From an uncultured Rhodospirillaceae bacterium (GTDB taxonomy: Bacteria; Pseudomonadota; Alphaproteobacteria; MPNO01; UBA2964): a DNA stretch of 64,000 bases. Of this stretch, positions 40,984 to 49,631 are shown piece by piece. The notes beneath the pieces were generated by a model. That model searched no databases. It was not told the origin of the DNA and saw nothing but the letters and a program-made list of their open reading frames with translations. Location of the stretch: contig CAZCKO010000004.1 of assembly GCA_964499275.1 (NCBI GenBank), positions 13,418 through 77,417 of the forward strand. Reading direction: 5' to 3'. A program made the translations under genes and the position numbers. Every line of letters starts with the position of its first letter. Position 1 is the stretch's first letter.

Positions 40984-41841
40984 TTATACAGCGTTAATCA
41001 TAGGCGACCCTTCAAGGGTGCAACGTCTCAAAAGCCGTTTTTCGTCAGCCGGAAAGTCAGTTCGAGCATGGGTTGAACAACGGTTGTCCCACATTGCCAA
41101 GTCACCTTTCTTCCAAACATGTTCATATACAACTCTTGGGTCTTCCGCGATTTCAATAAGTTTTCGCAGAATTTGATCGCTGTCTTCGTTCTCCAAATCT
41201 TCAATAATCGCAGAAATGAGTCGGCTGACGTAAAGTGCCGTTTTGCCAGTTTCAGGGTGTTTGACAAAAATAGGTTGCCACTGATGTTGAATGCCATCGA
41301 GACCATTTTTAAGGTCAACTTTTTCCAGCATGGTAAAGTTATATGCTTGTAAAACTTTTCGGCCTTGCAGTTTTTTTCTCAAGTCCTCCGGGATGTTTTC
41401 ATATGCTAGATATTGATTTGCAAATTTAGTATTTCCCCCGGTCGAGGGAAGTTCTATAGCATGTAATAGTGTCGCTTTGTGAGGTTCCGGCCTATAACTC
41501 ATATCGTGATGAAACCACATTTCCCCATCTTGTAATGAACCTATGTAGTTGCCATTCTCATCACGCTGATTGGTTACCAACATAATACTCCCATCATAAC
41601 CATTGGTAACTTCGTTCTGGTTCTCAAGCGGTGTTGCTCTAATACCAACATTACCAAACTGATTGGCGAATGCTACTTGTTCATCCTTTGTGAGTGATTG
41701 GTCCCGAAATATTAATACGATATGATCAAGCCAGGCTTGGTAAATTTCCTCGATGTTGTTTTTGCCGAGCGGTTTACGGAGATCAATTTCTGTTATTTCA
41801 GCACCTATTGGGCTGTTAAATGGCGTGATTTTATATGTCAC
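40984..41841 (-). CDS. TauD/TfdA-family Fe(II)/2OG dioxygenase
   Basis: ..MWFHHDMSY..(HxD), ..WDNRCSTHART..RRLLRRCTL... Paralog of 41870..42748. Confidence 0.8.
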   Translation of the reverse strand: MTYKITPFNSPIGAEITEIDLRKPLGKNNIEEIYQAWLDHIVLIFRDQSLTKDEQVAFANQFGNVGIRATPLENQNEVTNGYDGSIMLVTNQRDENGNYIGSLQDGEMWFHHDMSYRPEPHKATLLHAIELPSTGGNTKFANQYLAYENIPEDLRKKLQGRKVLQAYNFTMLEKVDLKNGLDGIQHQWQPIFVKHPETGKTALYVSRLISAIIEDLENEDSDQILRKLIEIAEDPRVVYEHVWKKGDLAMWDNRCSTHARTDFPADEKRLLRRCTLEGSPMINAV

Positions 41842-41869
41842 AATTAACTCCCTTTAACCGGTATAAATA

Positions 41870-42748
41870 TTAAGAAGCTGCGATCATTTCCTGACCGAGC
41901 AAGGTGCAACGACGTAAAAGCCTACGTTCATTTGCTGGAAAGTCGGTGCGTGCATGGCAAGAGCAGTAATTATCCCACATCGCCAATTCTCCTTCCGTCC
42001 ATGCATGTTCATAAAAATTACTGCCAGCTTCGCTTATCGTGTAAAGCTCTTCGAGGATGGCGTCGCTTTCATCGCGGGGTATTCCATCGATCCTGGCGGT
42101 CATAAGCCTGTTGACATACAGTGCTGTGCGCCCCGTTTCTGGATGACGAACGAAGATTGGCTGCGATCTGTTATGAATTCCAGTCATATCGCCGTCAATA
42201 TCAACCGTTTGTGTCATATGGTAATCATATACCTGCAACGCCGTTCGGTCTTTGAGTTCATTTTTTAATTTTTCTGGTATCAGGTCGTAGGCACGGTACA
42301 TATTTGAAAAACGTGTGTTGCCGCCGGTTGAAGGGATATCAATGGCATAAAGCATTGTGCCTTTATGCGGCTTTGGCATGTAACACATGTCATGATGAAA
42401 ATACATTTCTCCGTCGGGTAGGGACCCCACGTAGCGTCCTTTTTCATCTTTTACATTGGTCACCAACATTATTGCATCGTTATAATTTGCGCCTTCGGGT
42501 CGTTGTTCTGGGCGGCGCGACCGTGTTCCGGTATCGCCAAACTTTTTGGCAAAGTTAAGCTGCTGGTTCTGCGTTAGTTCTTGTTCCGGGAAGATTAAAA
42601 CGATGTAATCATGCCAAGCTTGAGTAATTTCTTTAACTGCCTGAGCATTAAGTGGTTTGCCAATATCGACCCCAGTTACTTTTGCCCCGAGTGCATCAGA
42701 GAGCGGGGTAACGGTTAGTTTTGATTTAAGAACACTAGCCATAGTCAC
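41870..42748 (-). CDS. TauD/TfdA-family Fe(II)/2OG dioxygenase
   Basis: ..MYFHHDMCY.., ..WDNYCSCHART..RRLLRRCTL... 292 aa. Confidence 0.8.
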   Translation of the reverse strand: MTMASVLKSKLTVTPLSDALGAKVTGVDIGKPLNAQAVKEITQAWHDYIVLIFPEQELTQNQQLNFAKKFGDTGTRSRRPEQRPEGANYNDAIMLVTNVKDEKGRYVGSLPDGEMYFHHDMCYMPKPHKGTMLYAIDIPSTGGNTRFSNMYRAYDLIPEKLKNELKDRTALQVYDYHMTQTVDIDGDMTGIHNRSQPIFVRHPETGRTALYVNRLMTARIDGIPRDESDAILEELYTISEAGSNFYEHAWTEGELAMWDNYCSCHARTDFPANERRLLRRCTLLGQEMIAAS

Positions 42749-42862
42749 AAATCCTATATATCTCTATTCCAAACATTATAGCTGCATGGCAGAAGGGATT
42801 CCAGCCAGTGTAAAGTAATTAATAAAATTAGAACTAAGTGAAAGCGTCTAGATACCCCTGTA

Positions 42863-43582
42863 ATGAGAGAGAAAAATTCTGAAATAAACCGTTCTCTGTT
42901 AGATATTTTTGATCAACAAGCGTCAAAGGCCGAGCGCGGAGAGTTGATTGGAGAGATTTATGACTTCCTCGCTTTGCTAAACGGCATCAAGCCTGTCTTT
43001 CTGCATGGACGTGGCCATACTCCTGTGGAATGGGTCGAACCAATCAAAAAGTTGGCTTGTGGTTTAAATTTTTTTGTCATTGAAGGTTTTTATTGGGATG
43101 CCACGCCTTATGACGAGTTCCCCAATTGGTATCAAGAGCATTGTCGCAATCAATTGTTGCCATTTCGAGCTTGGTATATTTGTAAAGAGGCGGAGTTAGC
43201 AGCTGCCATAAAAAATATTAACAATACAGGTGGGCGCCTAACGATGGCTGAAGAGGCCTCTTTGTTAGGCTATCCGGAGTGTTGTGTGCGTGCTCATTAT
43301 GAGCGCGCCTGTAGATACCATAGGGGCACTTTGTCTATCCTCAAACGTTTGGGAAAGGGTGATCAAAACCAAATGCAGGCCCTCGCGATTGGGAATGCGC
43401 ACCTTATTCCTGTAACGGCGCAAGAAATCGAAGACTTTGATTTTGCCTTTAAAATTCATGCACCAAGAGTAGGGAGTTGGAATATGTGTGACTCCTGTTC
43501 GAGAGGAGCCAAGCCCTTCTCGGATAATTTGGTAAAAAAATATTTAAGCGTAATTGAAAAAACCGGTTTGGCGATTTACTAA
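42863..43582 (+). CDS. Hypothetical Cys-rich protein
   Basis: 239 aa with no recognised family. Cys clusters YPECCVRAHYERACRYH and CDSCSRG. Confidence 0.4.
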   Translation: MREKNSEINRSLLDIFDQQASKAERGELIGEIYDFLALLNGIKPVFLHGRGHTPVEWVEPIKKLACGLNFFVIEGFYWDATPYDEFPNWYQEHCRNQLLPFRAWYICKEAELAAAIKNINNTGGRLTMAEEASLLGYPECCVRAHYERACRYHRGTLSILKRLGKGDQNQMQALAIGNAHLIPVTAQEIEDFDFAFKIHAPRVGSWNMCDSCSRGAKPFSDNLVKKYLSVIEKTGLAIY

Positions 43583-44403
43583 GCTGTCGCGAGAGCCACA
43601 TTAGCTGCAGTAATTACACGCAAGCCCTTGTCAGGATCTACAAACCCTGAAAGGGCCTCGGCAACTTGGGCTTTTAGATTTTCCAGACCCACTTTATCTA
43701 ATTGTTCTAGAGCGTGCCTCGAAGAAGGCCCACCAGCCGCAAGAGATTCTATAAAATGTTCTGAAGAGGCGAAATAACTATCCATTTGTTTTCGCACGAC
43801 AGCGATATCGCGAAAGCCTGCCTCCTGAAAAAGGTCGCCCAGAATAACCGGGTCACCAAATGAAAATGGATGTGTAACCCCCTTCGCGTCGACGCCGTTT
43901 TCTTCTAATGCTGCTGCAATTGCCGCGTGAGCGGGGTTCCTGTCGGGGGGGCAATAGGCTGTTAATGCTAGCCGTCCCCCCACTGCTAAAACACGTTTCA
44001 TTTCCGCTAGAGCTTTACCTTTTTCAGAAAGAAATTGCAGAAGTTGATTGCCGACGACGATGTCAAAGGAGTTATCTTGATATGGCATATTTATCACGTC
44101 ACCCCGGTGCCATTCTATTTCTTTTTTTTTATCAAGTGTCTTGGCATAGGCGATCATTCCGGCGTTAAAATCTATTGCAGATACAGAACCCTCGTTCCCA
44201 ATAATCTGCTTTGCGTATCGTGCTGCTGCGCCACTTCCGCAGCCTACATCAAGTAATCGGTCCCCCTTCTTTGTTCCCGCAAGATCTATCATCGACTCTG
44301 ACCAGGGTCCAAAGATGGTTGGCACTAAAAACTTTTCAAATGCTTCCGCAGCAGACGTGTCCACTTCATTGCTATTAGAATTGGTAACCATATGAAATCT
44401 CAA
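43579..44403 (-). CDS. Class I SAM-dependent methyltransferase
   Basis: Motif I LLDVGCGSGAAARYA. 274 aa. Confidence 0.75.
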   Translation of the reverse strand: MRFHMVTNSNSNEVDTSAAEAFEKFLVPTIFGPWSESMIDLAGTKKGDRLLDVGCGSGAAARYAKQIIGNEGSVSAIDFNAGMIAYAKTLDKKKEIEWHRGDVINMPYQDNSFDIVVGNQLLQFLSEKGKALAEMKRVLAVGGRLALTAYCPPDRNPAHAAIAAALEENGVDAKGVTHPFSFGDPVILGDLFQEAGFRDIAVVRKQMDSYFASSEHFIESLAAGGPSSRHALEQLDKVGLENLKAQVAEALSGFVDPDKGLRVITAANVALATA

Positions 44404-44482
44404 CCGATTTAAGCTATTATGCGTAAGAAATACGAACGACCCCTAATGATATTATTAGTGTGAGTCATTATTGCCCAAATCT

Positions 44483-45409
44483 CTAGGCCGCTTTCTTTGT
44501 GGTTTTTTTATCGAGTAACCCAGCCCGCTTCAAAACTCCATCTAGGCGTTTTTCAAGCTCCTTAGATGCTGGCATCATGGGAAGACGGTGTTCATTTTTC
44601 GGCATGATACCCAATTTTTTCATCATGTATTTCATGGGTGTTGGGTTCGTGTCAAAAAATACTGCCTGGTTAATCTCGAAAAGGTCATAGTGAATTTTTT
44701 GTGCGGCCTTCATATTTCCTTTCCATACCTGTTCGCACATGCGGGCGAGTTCCCCCGGCATTAAGTTTCCGACCGCATTCATAAGGCCGCAGGCACCAAC
44801 CGTCATCATTGGGTAAGATAGATCCTCAAGGCCCACAAAGATACGAAAATCCTTTCCAAAGTGATCAATACATTTCGACACGAAACCAAGGTCATCAACG
44901 GCGTGTTTCATACCGACAAAGTTGGGACAGTTTTTACTGATTTGATCAAGTGTACTTAGCGTAACGGAAACAGCAGCGCGCCCTGGGATATGGTAGATCA
45001 TCCAAGGGAGTTTTGTTCTTTTACCGAGGTCACTGTAGTAAGCAATGAGCCCACTTTGAGGAGGGCGGATGTAATAGGGGGTCACGATCAATAATGCGTC
45101 AGCGCCTGCCTTGTCAGCGTGCTCCGTCAGTGCCGCGGTTTCAGCTAGGCTCTGCGAGCCTGTTGCCGCGACAATAGGAACTTTTCCACCGGCGGCTTCT
45201 ATGGCAACATCGACTGTGCGGTTGCGCTCTTCAGTTGTTAGTGTGGATGGTTCAGAGGTGGTGCCATTTACGAGAATTCCGTGGGAGCCATTTTTGACTT
45301 GGAACTCTACTAAACCGGCATAAGCATCGTAATCTATCGATCCATTTCTAAAAGGTGTGATAAGTGGGGGTATAGACCCTTTCAAAAATGTTTTTGGTAA
45401 ACGCATCAT
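44483..45409 (-). CDS. Dihydrodipicolinate synthase/N-acetylneuraminate lyase (DapA) family lyase
   Basis: ITPF...G..DY.A...LVEFQ...G..GILVNGTTSE motif with the Schiff-base Lys region typical of the DapA family. Start taken at the Met that avoids overlap with the upstream cupin gene. Confidence 0.7.
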   Translation of the reverse strand: MMRLPKTFLKGSIPPLITPFRNGSIDYDAYAGLVEFQVKNGSHGILVNGTTSEPSTLTTEERNRTVDVAIEAAGGKVPIVAATGSQSLAETAALTEHADKAGADALLIVTPYYIRPPQSGLIAYYSDLGKRTKLPWMIYHIPGRAAVSVTLSTLDQISKNCPNFVGMKHAVDDLGFVSKCIDHFGKDFRIFVGLEDLSYPMMTVGACGLMNAVGNLMPGELARMCEQVWKGNMKAAQKIHYDLFEINQAVFFDTNPTPMKYMMKKLGIMPKNEHRLPMMPASKELEKRLDGVLKRAGLLDKKTTKKAA

Positions 45410-45413
45410 TGGT

Positions 45414-46532
45414 TCAGCTCGCAATTTTTTCACGATTAGTATCAAAACCCATTTCCGCCCCAAGGACACTCCAAGGTTTCTTTAGGTCTTCTTGCCACAA
45501 TAAAGATTCCATTACGATGTTCAGTGGCTGGTCCTGGATTGTTAATTCGTAGATTGGATCCGTACCGGTACTGGCATGATTGTGTACACCCCAGCCCGGC
45601 GCGGTGAGCAGTAAATCACCGGACTGCCACTCATAAACTTTACCTTCGACGGTTGAACGTCCTTCTCCTTGAAAAATATAGTTCATAGCTGCAGATACGT
45701 GGCGGTGTGGTTTATCTACAATGCCGGGGGGACGAATGGTAATTGTCGCAAAAAAGTTTGGTGTGGTGCCGTTGGTCCGGCCAGTCATCGGATTCCATAA
45801 AAGGTAAAGACGGCGACCCACGTAGTCAGAACCAAGTGCCGAAAGTTTATCGAGCTCGGCTTTGACTTTTTTCCATGGCCAATGAAGCGCACGCGACTCA
45901 ACGGATTCGGGCGCTATTAAAATTTCATAAGGCATAAGCCATGCACCATCGTCTGTAAGCTCGAATGTACCGTAGGGACTTTTTCGTCGGGGATCGTCTT
46001 CAGCAATCTCTCCTTCTTTTTTTTCTTCCACTACTTGAACATCAGCCGGGGGGTCTTCTTCAACAATGTGGACGTTCATCTTTTCAAGGAGCGGAGCGTT
46101 AGTATACGTCAAGCGGACCTGGACTTCATCTGTATCATTGACATGGATATAGGTTTGCATTGATGGAAAGTTGAACACGTCAAATTGCTCAAAATCTATT
46201 CGTTTCCCACCAACGACGGAGTGTCCTCCTCCCCGAATACAGAAATTAACCTGTGTTGAGTTGTGGCGGATGGGGCGTGTCTGCTCCCCCGGGTTAAGGA
46301 CTTCAAGAATTGGGCGAATACCCGGTGCCAAGCCCAAGCCAACGCCGAGTTTGTGTGAATCCGGGTGAACAATCCAGCTTTGTCGACGGCCATTATTGGG
46401 TGTTGCCATATTAGACAATCTTTCAATTTCGTCATCGAAGTCGGATTTTTTTATGATGGCGGGCTCCCATAATTCGGGAGAGGGTTCTGTCGTACCTGAT
46501 TTGTCTATGAAAATTCCTTTTTGCTCGGCCAT
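45414..46532 (-). CDS. Cupin-domain protein (bicupin, gentisate 1,2-dioxygenase-like?)
   Basis: 372 aa with two cupin-like beta-barrel regions, including a His-rich segment ..GWGVHNHASTG... The family assignment is tentative. Confidence 0.45.
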   Translation of the reverse strand: MAEQKGIFIDKSGTTEPSPELWEPAIIKKSDFDDEIERLSNMATPNNGRRQSWIVHPDSHKLGVGLGLAPGIRPILEVLNPGEQTRPIRHNSTQVNFCIRGGGHSVVGGKRIDFEQFDVFNFPSMQTYIHVNDTDEVQVRLTYTNAPLLEKMNVHIVEEDPPADVQVVEEKKEGEIAEDDPRRKSPYGTFELTDDGAWLMPYEILIAPESVESRALHWPWKKVKAELDKLSALGSDYVGRRLYLLWNPMTGRTNGTTPNFFATITIRPPGIVDKPHRHVSAAMNYIFQGEGRSTVEGKVYEWQSGDLLLTAPGWGVHNHASTGTDPIYELTIQDQPLNIVMESLLWQEDLKKPWSVLGAEMGFDTNREKIAS

Positions 46533-46552
46533 GACTCTTCTCCATTAAATTC

Positions 46553-46585
46553 AATTCATATCTCAATAGGTTTGAGATATGAATT
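46553..46585. promoter_or_regulatory. Perfect 14-bp inverted repeat AATTCATATCTCAA-N5-TTGAGATATGAATT, 20 bp upstream of the cupin gene start; candidate operator or 5'-UTR stem-loop
   Basis: Read directly from the sequence. It sits in the 255-bp intergenic region between UbiD paralog 3 and the cupin-DapA-like genes. Confidence 0.4.
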
Positions 46586-46787
46586 TAAGTTCGTTGACCT
46601 TCTGATTAGGCCAGAGATCTAAAATATTAATTACTTGGATACTTTATTTTCTCTCTGCATTAAAGGTCCTTCTATTGTCTTTTATTGGTCGCGGTCGAAA
46701 TTCTTTCCAAGTAAGACGAGGGTTCTAGCGGTCCAGGGTTGGTTCGTACCCAATCGATTGCCTTAATCACATCCCTATAAAAATTGT

Positions 46788-48191
46788 TCAAGGCAAAAAG
46801 TCCTCAATATTTACGGAGCTATAGTTGGTTGGCATTGCACGGTCAAACCGTGTTTTATCTTCGATTCGTGTGCTCCACGGTTTAGTAGCGTCGATTGCAA
46901 CCTTAGTGCCGATCCTGTACATCGGGCTCATACCCGGGACAATGTCTGATACGTTGTCGAGAGACCAAATTCGTGTATTATCAATTTTGAAAACATCACT
47001 ATCAGCATGCACTCGGGTCGTTAAAGACCAGAATACCTGATTGAGGTTAGCGGCATCCATATCCTCATCAATTGCTATGGCGAGTTTTGGATGAAGATAG
47101 GGGCTTGATAATGCGGCCATTAGGGCGGTTTTAGCCTGACCGGCGCTGCGTGGCCTAATCTTTATGACAACAGCCATCAGACCAGATACACCAAGGCATC
47201 TTACATCCAAGAGGTCCATCCCTCCTTCAACCTTTGACAAGTGTTCAAAAAGGGCGGCTTCAATGCATGTACCCGTGATAGATTGAGGATCCGTCATGGG
47301 TGCTCCGGAATGCATTCCATAGAATATTGGATCTTTACGATGTGTAATTGCTTTGAGGACGAAAATTTCTGTTGACCCTTCTTCAGCATATCCCCCAGTA
47401 ACTTCACCAAAGGGCCCTTCCTCCGTCATCGCATCAGGTAGGATTTCTCCTTCTATAATTATTTCGGCATCTGCTGGAACCTCAAGATCACTGGTTTCGC
47501 ATTTTACTATTCGCACTGGGTCCTCTAGCAAGCCTCCAGCTAATGATAATTCATCGATTCCGTAGCGTGTTGTAAAGCCACCTGCGTACAAAATGGCCGG
47601 ATGCACACCGACTACCATCGCGACAGGCATTGGTTGATTAAGGGTTTGATATTTTTGATAAGTTCTCAAAGCGTGACGCGGACAAATCAAAAATCCACTT
47701 CGATCTGGCCCCAATATTTGCTGACGATGATATGACATATTTCGTATGCCAGTTTCTGGGTCTTTGATCACGGCCATGCCGGCAGCGATGTAAGGACCTG
47801 GGTCTTTCTCGGATGTCCACATTGCTGGAAGTTTAGTTAAATCTGCATCATTTCCCGTGAGAATTACTTCTTTCACCGGTGCATCTTTAGCTTCAACTAT
47901 AATAGGGTCTAAGGGTTTTTTAATGCGTTGAACGACCGTTGGAATTACCTCCTCTTCTGATACCCCAAAACCAATAGCCCATTTACGACGGTCGGTGATA
48001 ACTTGGCTCGCCAGTCGCCAGCCAGGAAATCCTTCAAGGTTGGTAAATAGGGTTGATTTTCCAAACCGATCATAGGTTTTCCAACCAATAGCCGAAACAT
48101 CCTCAGACGGATTGGTTGGCTTTTCTATGCGGATGAGTTCTCCTTGCTGTTCAAGGTTTTGAACATGGCCACGGAATGATTGGTCGCGCAT
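46788..48191 (-). CDS. UbiD-family decarboxylase, paralog 3 (divergent)
   Basis: 467 aa. UbiD-like segments (..EEGPFGEVTGGY.., ..MAVVIKI..). More distant from paralogs 1 and 2. Confidence 0.7.
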   Translation of the reverse strand: MRDQSFRGHVQNLEQQGELIRIEKPTNPSEDVSAIGWKTYDRFGKSTLFTNLEGFPGWRLASQVITDRRKWAIGFGVSEEEVIPTVVQRIKKPLDPIIVEAKDAPVKEVILTGNDADLTKLPAMWTSEKDPGPYIAAGMAVIKDPETGIRNMSYHRQQILGPDRSGFLICPRHALRTYQKYQTLNQPMPVAMVVGVHPAILYAGGFTTRYGIDELSLAGGLLEDPVRIVKCETSDLEVPADAEIIIEGEILPDAMTEEGPFGEVTGGYAEEGSTEIFVLKAITHRKDPIFYGMHSGAPMTDPQSITGTCIEAALFEHLSKVEGGMDLLDVRCLGVSGLMAVVIKIRPRSAGQAKTALMAALSSPYLHPKLAIAIDEDMDAANLNQVFWSLTTRVHADSDVFKIDNTRIWSLDNVSDIVPGMSPMYRIGTKVAIDATKPWSTRIEDKTRFDRAMPTNYSSVNIEDFLP

Positions 48192-48419
48192 TGAGGTATT
48201 ACCCTACTTTAGAAGTTATAGAACTATGTATATTTTGCGCGGCAGGGCATGCGAGTGCAACAGTAACAGTCTGTTATCTTGGTTATATATCAAAATAGAA
48301 GGGATTTCAGCTTATTTGGATTTTTAAACAGGCATTTATGACGTAATTTAAATATTTAGAGTGCCGACCATTTTCTATAACAGTTTTATACTCTAAGTTA
48401 ATGTTTTTAATATTTTTTT

Positions 48420-49619
48420 ATGAACGAGAAAGATCCTTCCATGACATCCTCTTTTAATCCTCCTGTTAGAAAACTTATGGGACCGGGGCCCTCTGATGTT
48501 CATCCTCGTGTACTTGGAGCGATGGCGCGTCCTACGATCGGTCATCTCGACCCCGAGTTTTCTCGTATGATGGAAGAGATTAAAGATTTGCTTCGGTATG
48601 CTTTTAAAACAACAAATTCCCTCACCATACCGGTGTCTGGTCCTGGTTCGGTTGGAATGGAAACCTGTTTTGTTAATCTTATTGAGCCGGGTGATAAGGT
48701 TATAGTGTGCCAAAACGGGGCATTTGGTGGACGAATGAAGGAAAATGTCGAGCGATGTGGCGCTGCACCTGTGATGATCTTGGATGATTGGGGCAAACCG
48801 GTAGATATTAACAAAGTAGAAGATACTTTAAGAAATAATTCTGATGTTAAGGCATTAGCCTTCGTGCATGCAGAGACATCAACAGGAGTACAATCTGACG
48901 CCGCTGGCATTTGTAGGTTGGCAAATGAGTATGGAGTATTGTCGATCGTTGACGCTGTCACTTCATTGGGAGGCACTCCGGTTCTTACTGATGAATGGAA
49001 GGCTGATGCTGTGTACTCTGGGTCGCAAAAATGTCTTTCATGCATGCCGGGTATTTCACCAGTAACTATAAGTCAAAGAGCTGCTGATGTTGTGAGAAGT
49101 CGTAACCAAAAGGTACAAAGTTGGTTCATGGATTTAAATTTGGTAATGGGCTACTGGAGCGGGGAGGGGTCCCGTGTTTACCATCACACTGCACCTATCA
49201 ATCCGCTTTATGCGATCCATGAAGCTTTGGTGATGTTATCAGAGGAGGGTCTCGAACAGGCATGGGAACGCCACGCGAAAATGCATGATGCCCTTCGGGA
49301 GGGGCTAGAGGCCATGGGTTTGTCTTTGATTGTTGAGAAAAAATACCGTCTTCCACAATTAAATACCGTGTCTGTTCCTGAGGGCGTAGATGAGGCAAAG
49401 GTAAGGGCTACTTTATTGTCGCGTTACAATTTGGAAATCGGTGCGGGCCTTGGTGATCTCGCAGGAAAGGTCTGGCGTGTCGGTCTTATGGGTCAGAGTG
49501 CTACCGGGGAACATGTGACCCTGTTCTTGAGTGCTATGGAAGATGCTCTTTTGCAGCAAGGTGCTGCTGGTATAAAAGCTGGTGCAGCTTTGCCGGCGGC
49601 ACGCGCTGTGATTGAATAA
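48420..49619 (+). CDS. Class V aminotransferase (serine--glyoxylate/alanine--glyoxylate aminotransferase-like, PLP-dependent)
   Basis: ..LMGPGPS.. N-terminus. PLP-Lys context ..VYSGSQKCLS... 399 aa, typical of AGT/SGAT family. Confidence 0.8.
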   Translation: MNEKDPSMTSSFNPPVRKLMGPGPSDVHPRVLGAMARPTIGHLDPEFSRMMEEIKDLLRYAFKTTNSLTIPVSGPGSVGMETCFVNLIEPGDKVIVCQNGAFGGRMKENVERCGAAPVMILDDWGKPVDINKVEDTLRNNSDVKALAFVHAETSTGVQSDAAGICRLANEYGVLSIVDAVTSLGGTPVLTDEWKADAVYSGSQKCLSCMPGISPVTISQRAADVVRSRNQKVQSWFMDLNLVMGYWSGEGSRVYHHTAPINPLYAIHEALVMLSEEGLEQAWERHAKMHDALREGLEAMGLSLIVEKKYRLPQLNTVSVPEGVDEAKVRATLLSRYNLEIGAGLGDLAGKVWRVGLMGQSATGEHVTLFLSAMEDALLQQGAAGIKAGAALPAARAVIE

Positions 49620-49631
49620 CATTGGTCATCC

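Noticed and set aside
46690-46760. tRNA-like T-arm string GGTTCGTACCC in the intergenic region
   Set aside because: No matching acceptor stem, D-arm or anticodon arm could be built around it. The T-loop has T instead of the conserved A58, so it is not a tRNA.
48542-49045. 167-aa - strand ORF
   Set aside because: Antisense inside the class V aminotransferase gene; no motifs.
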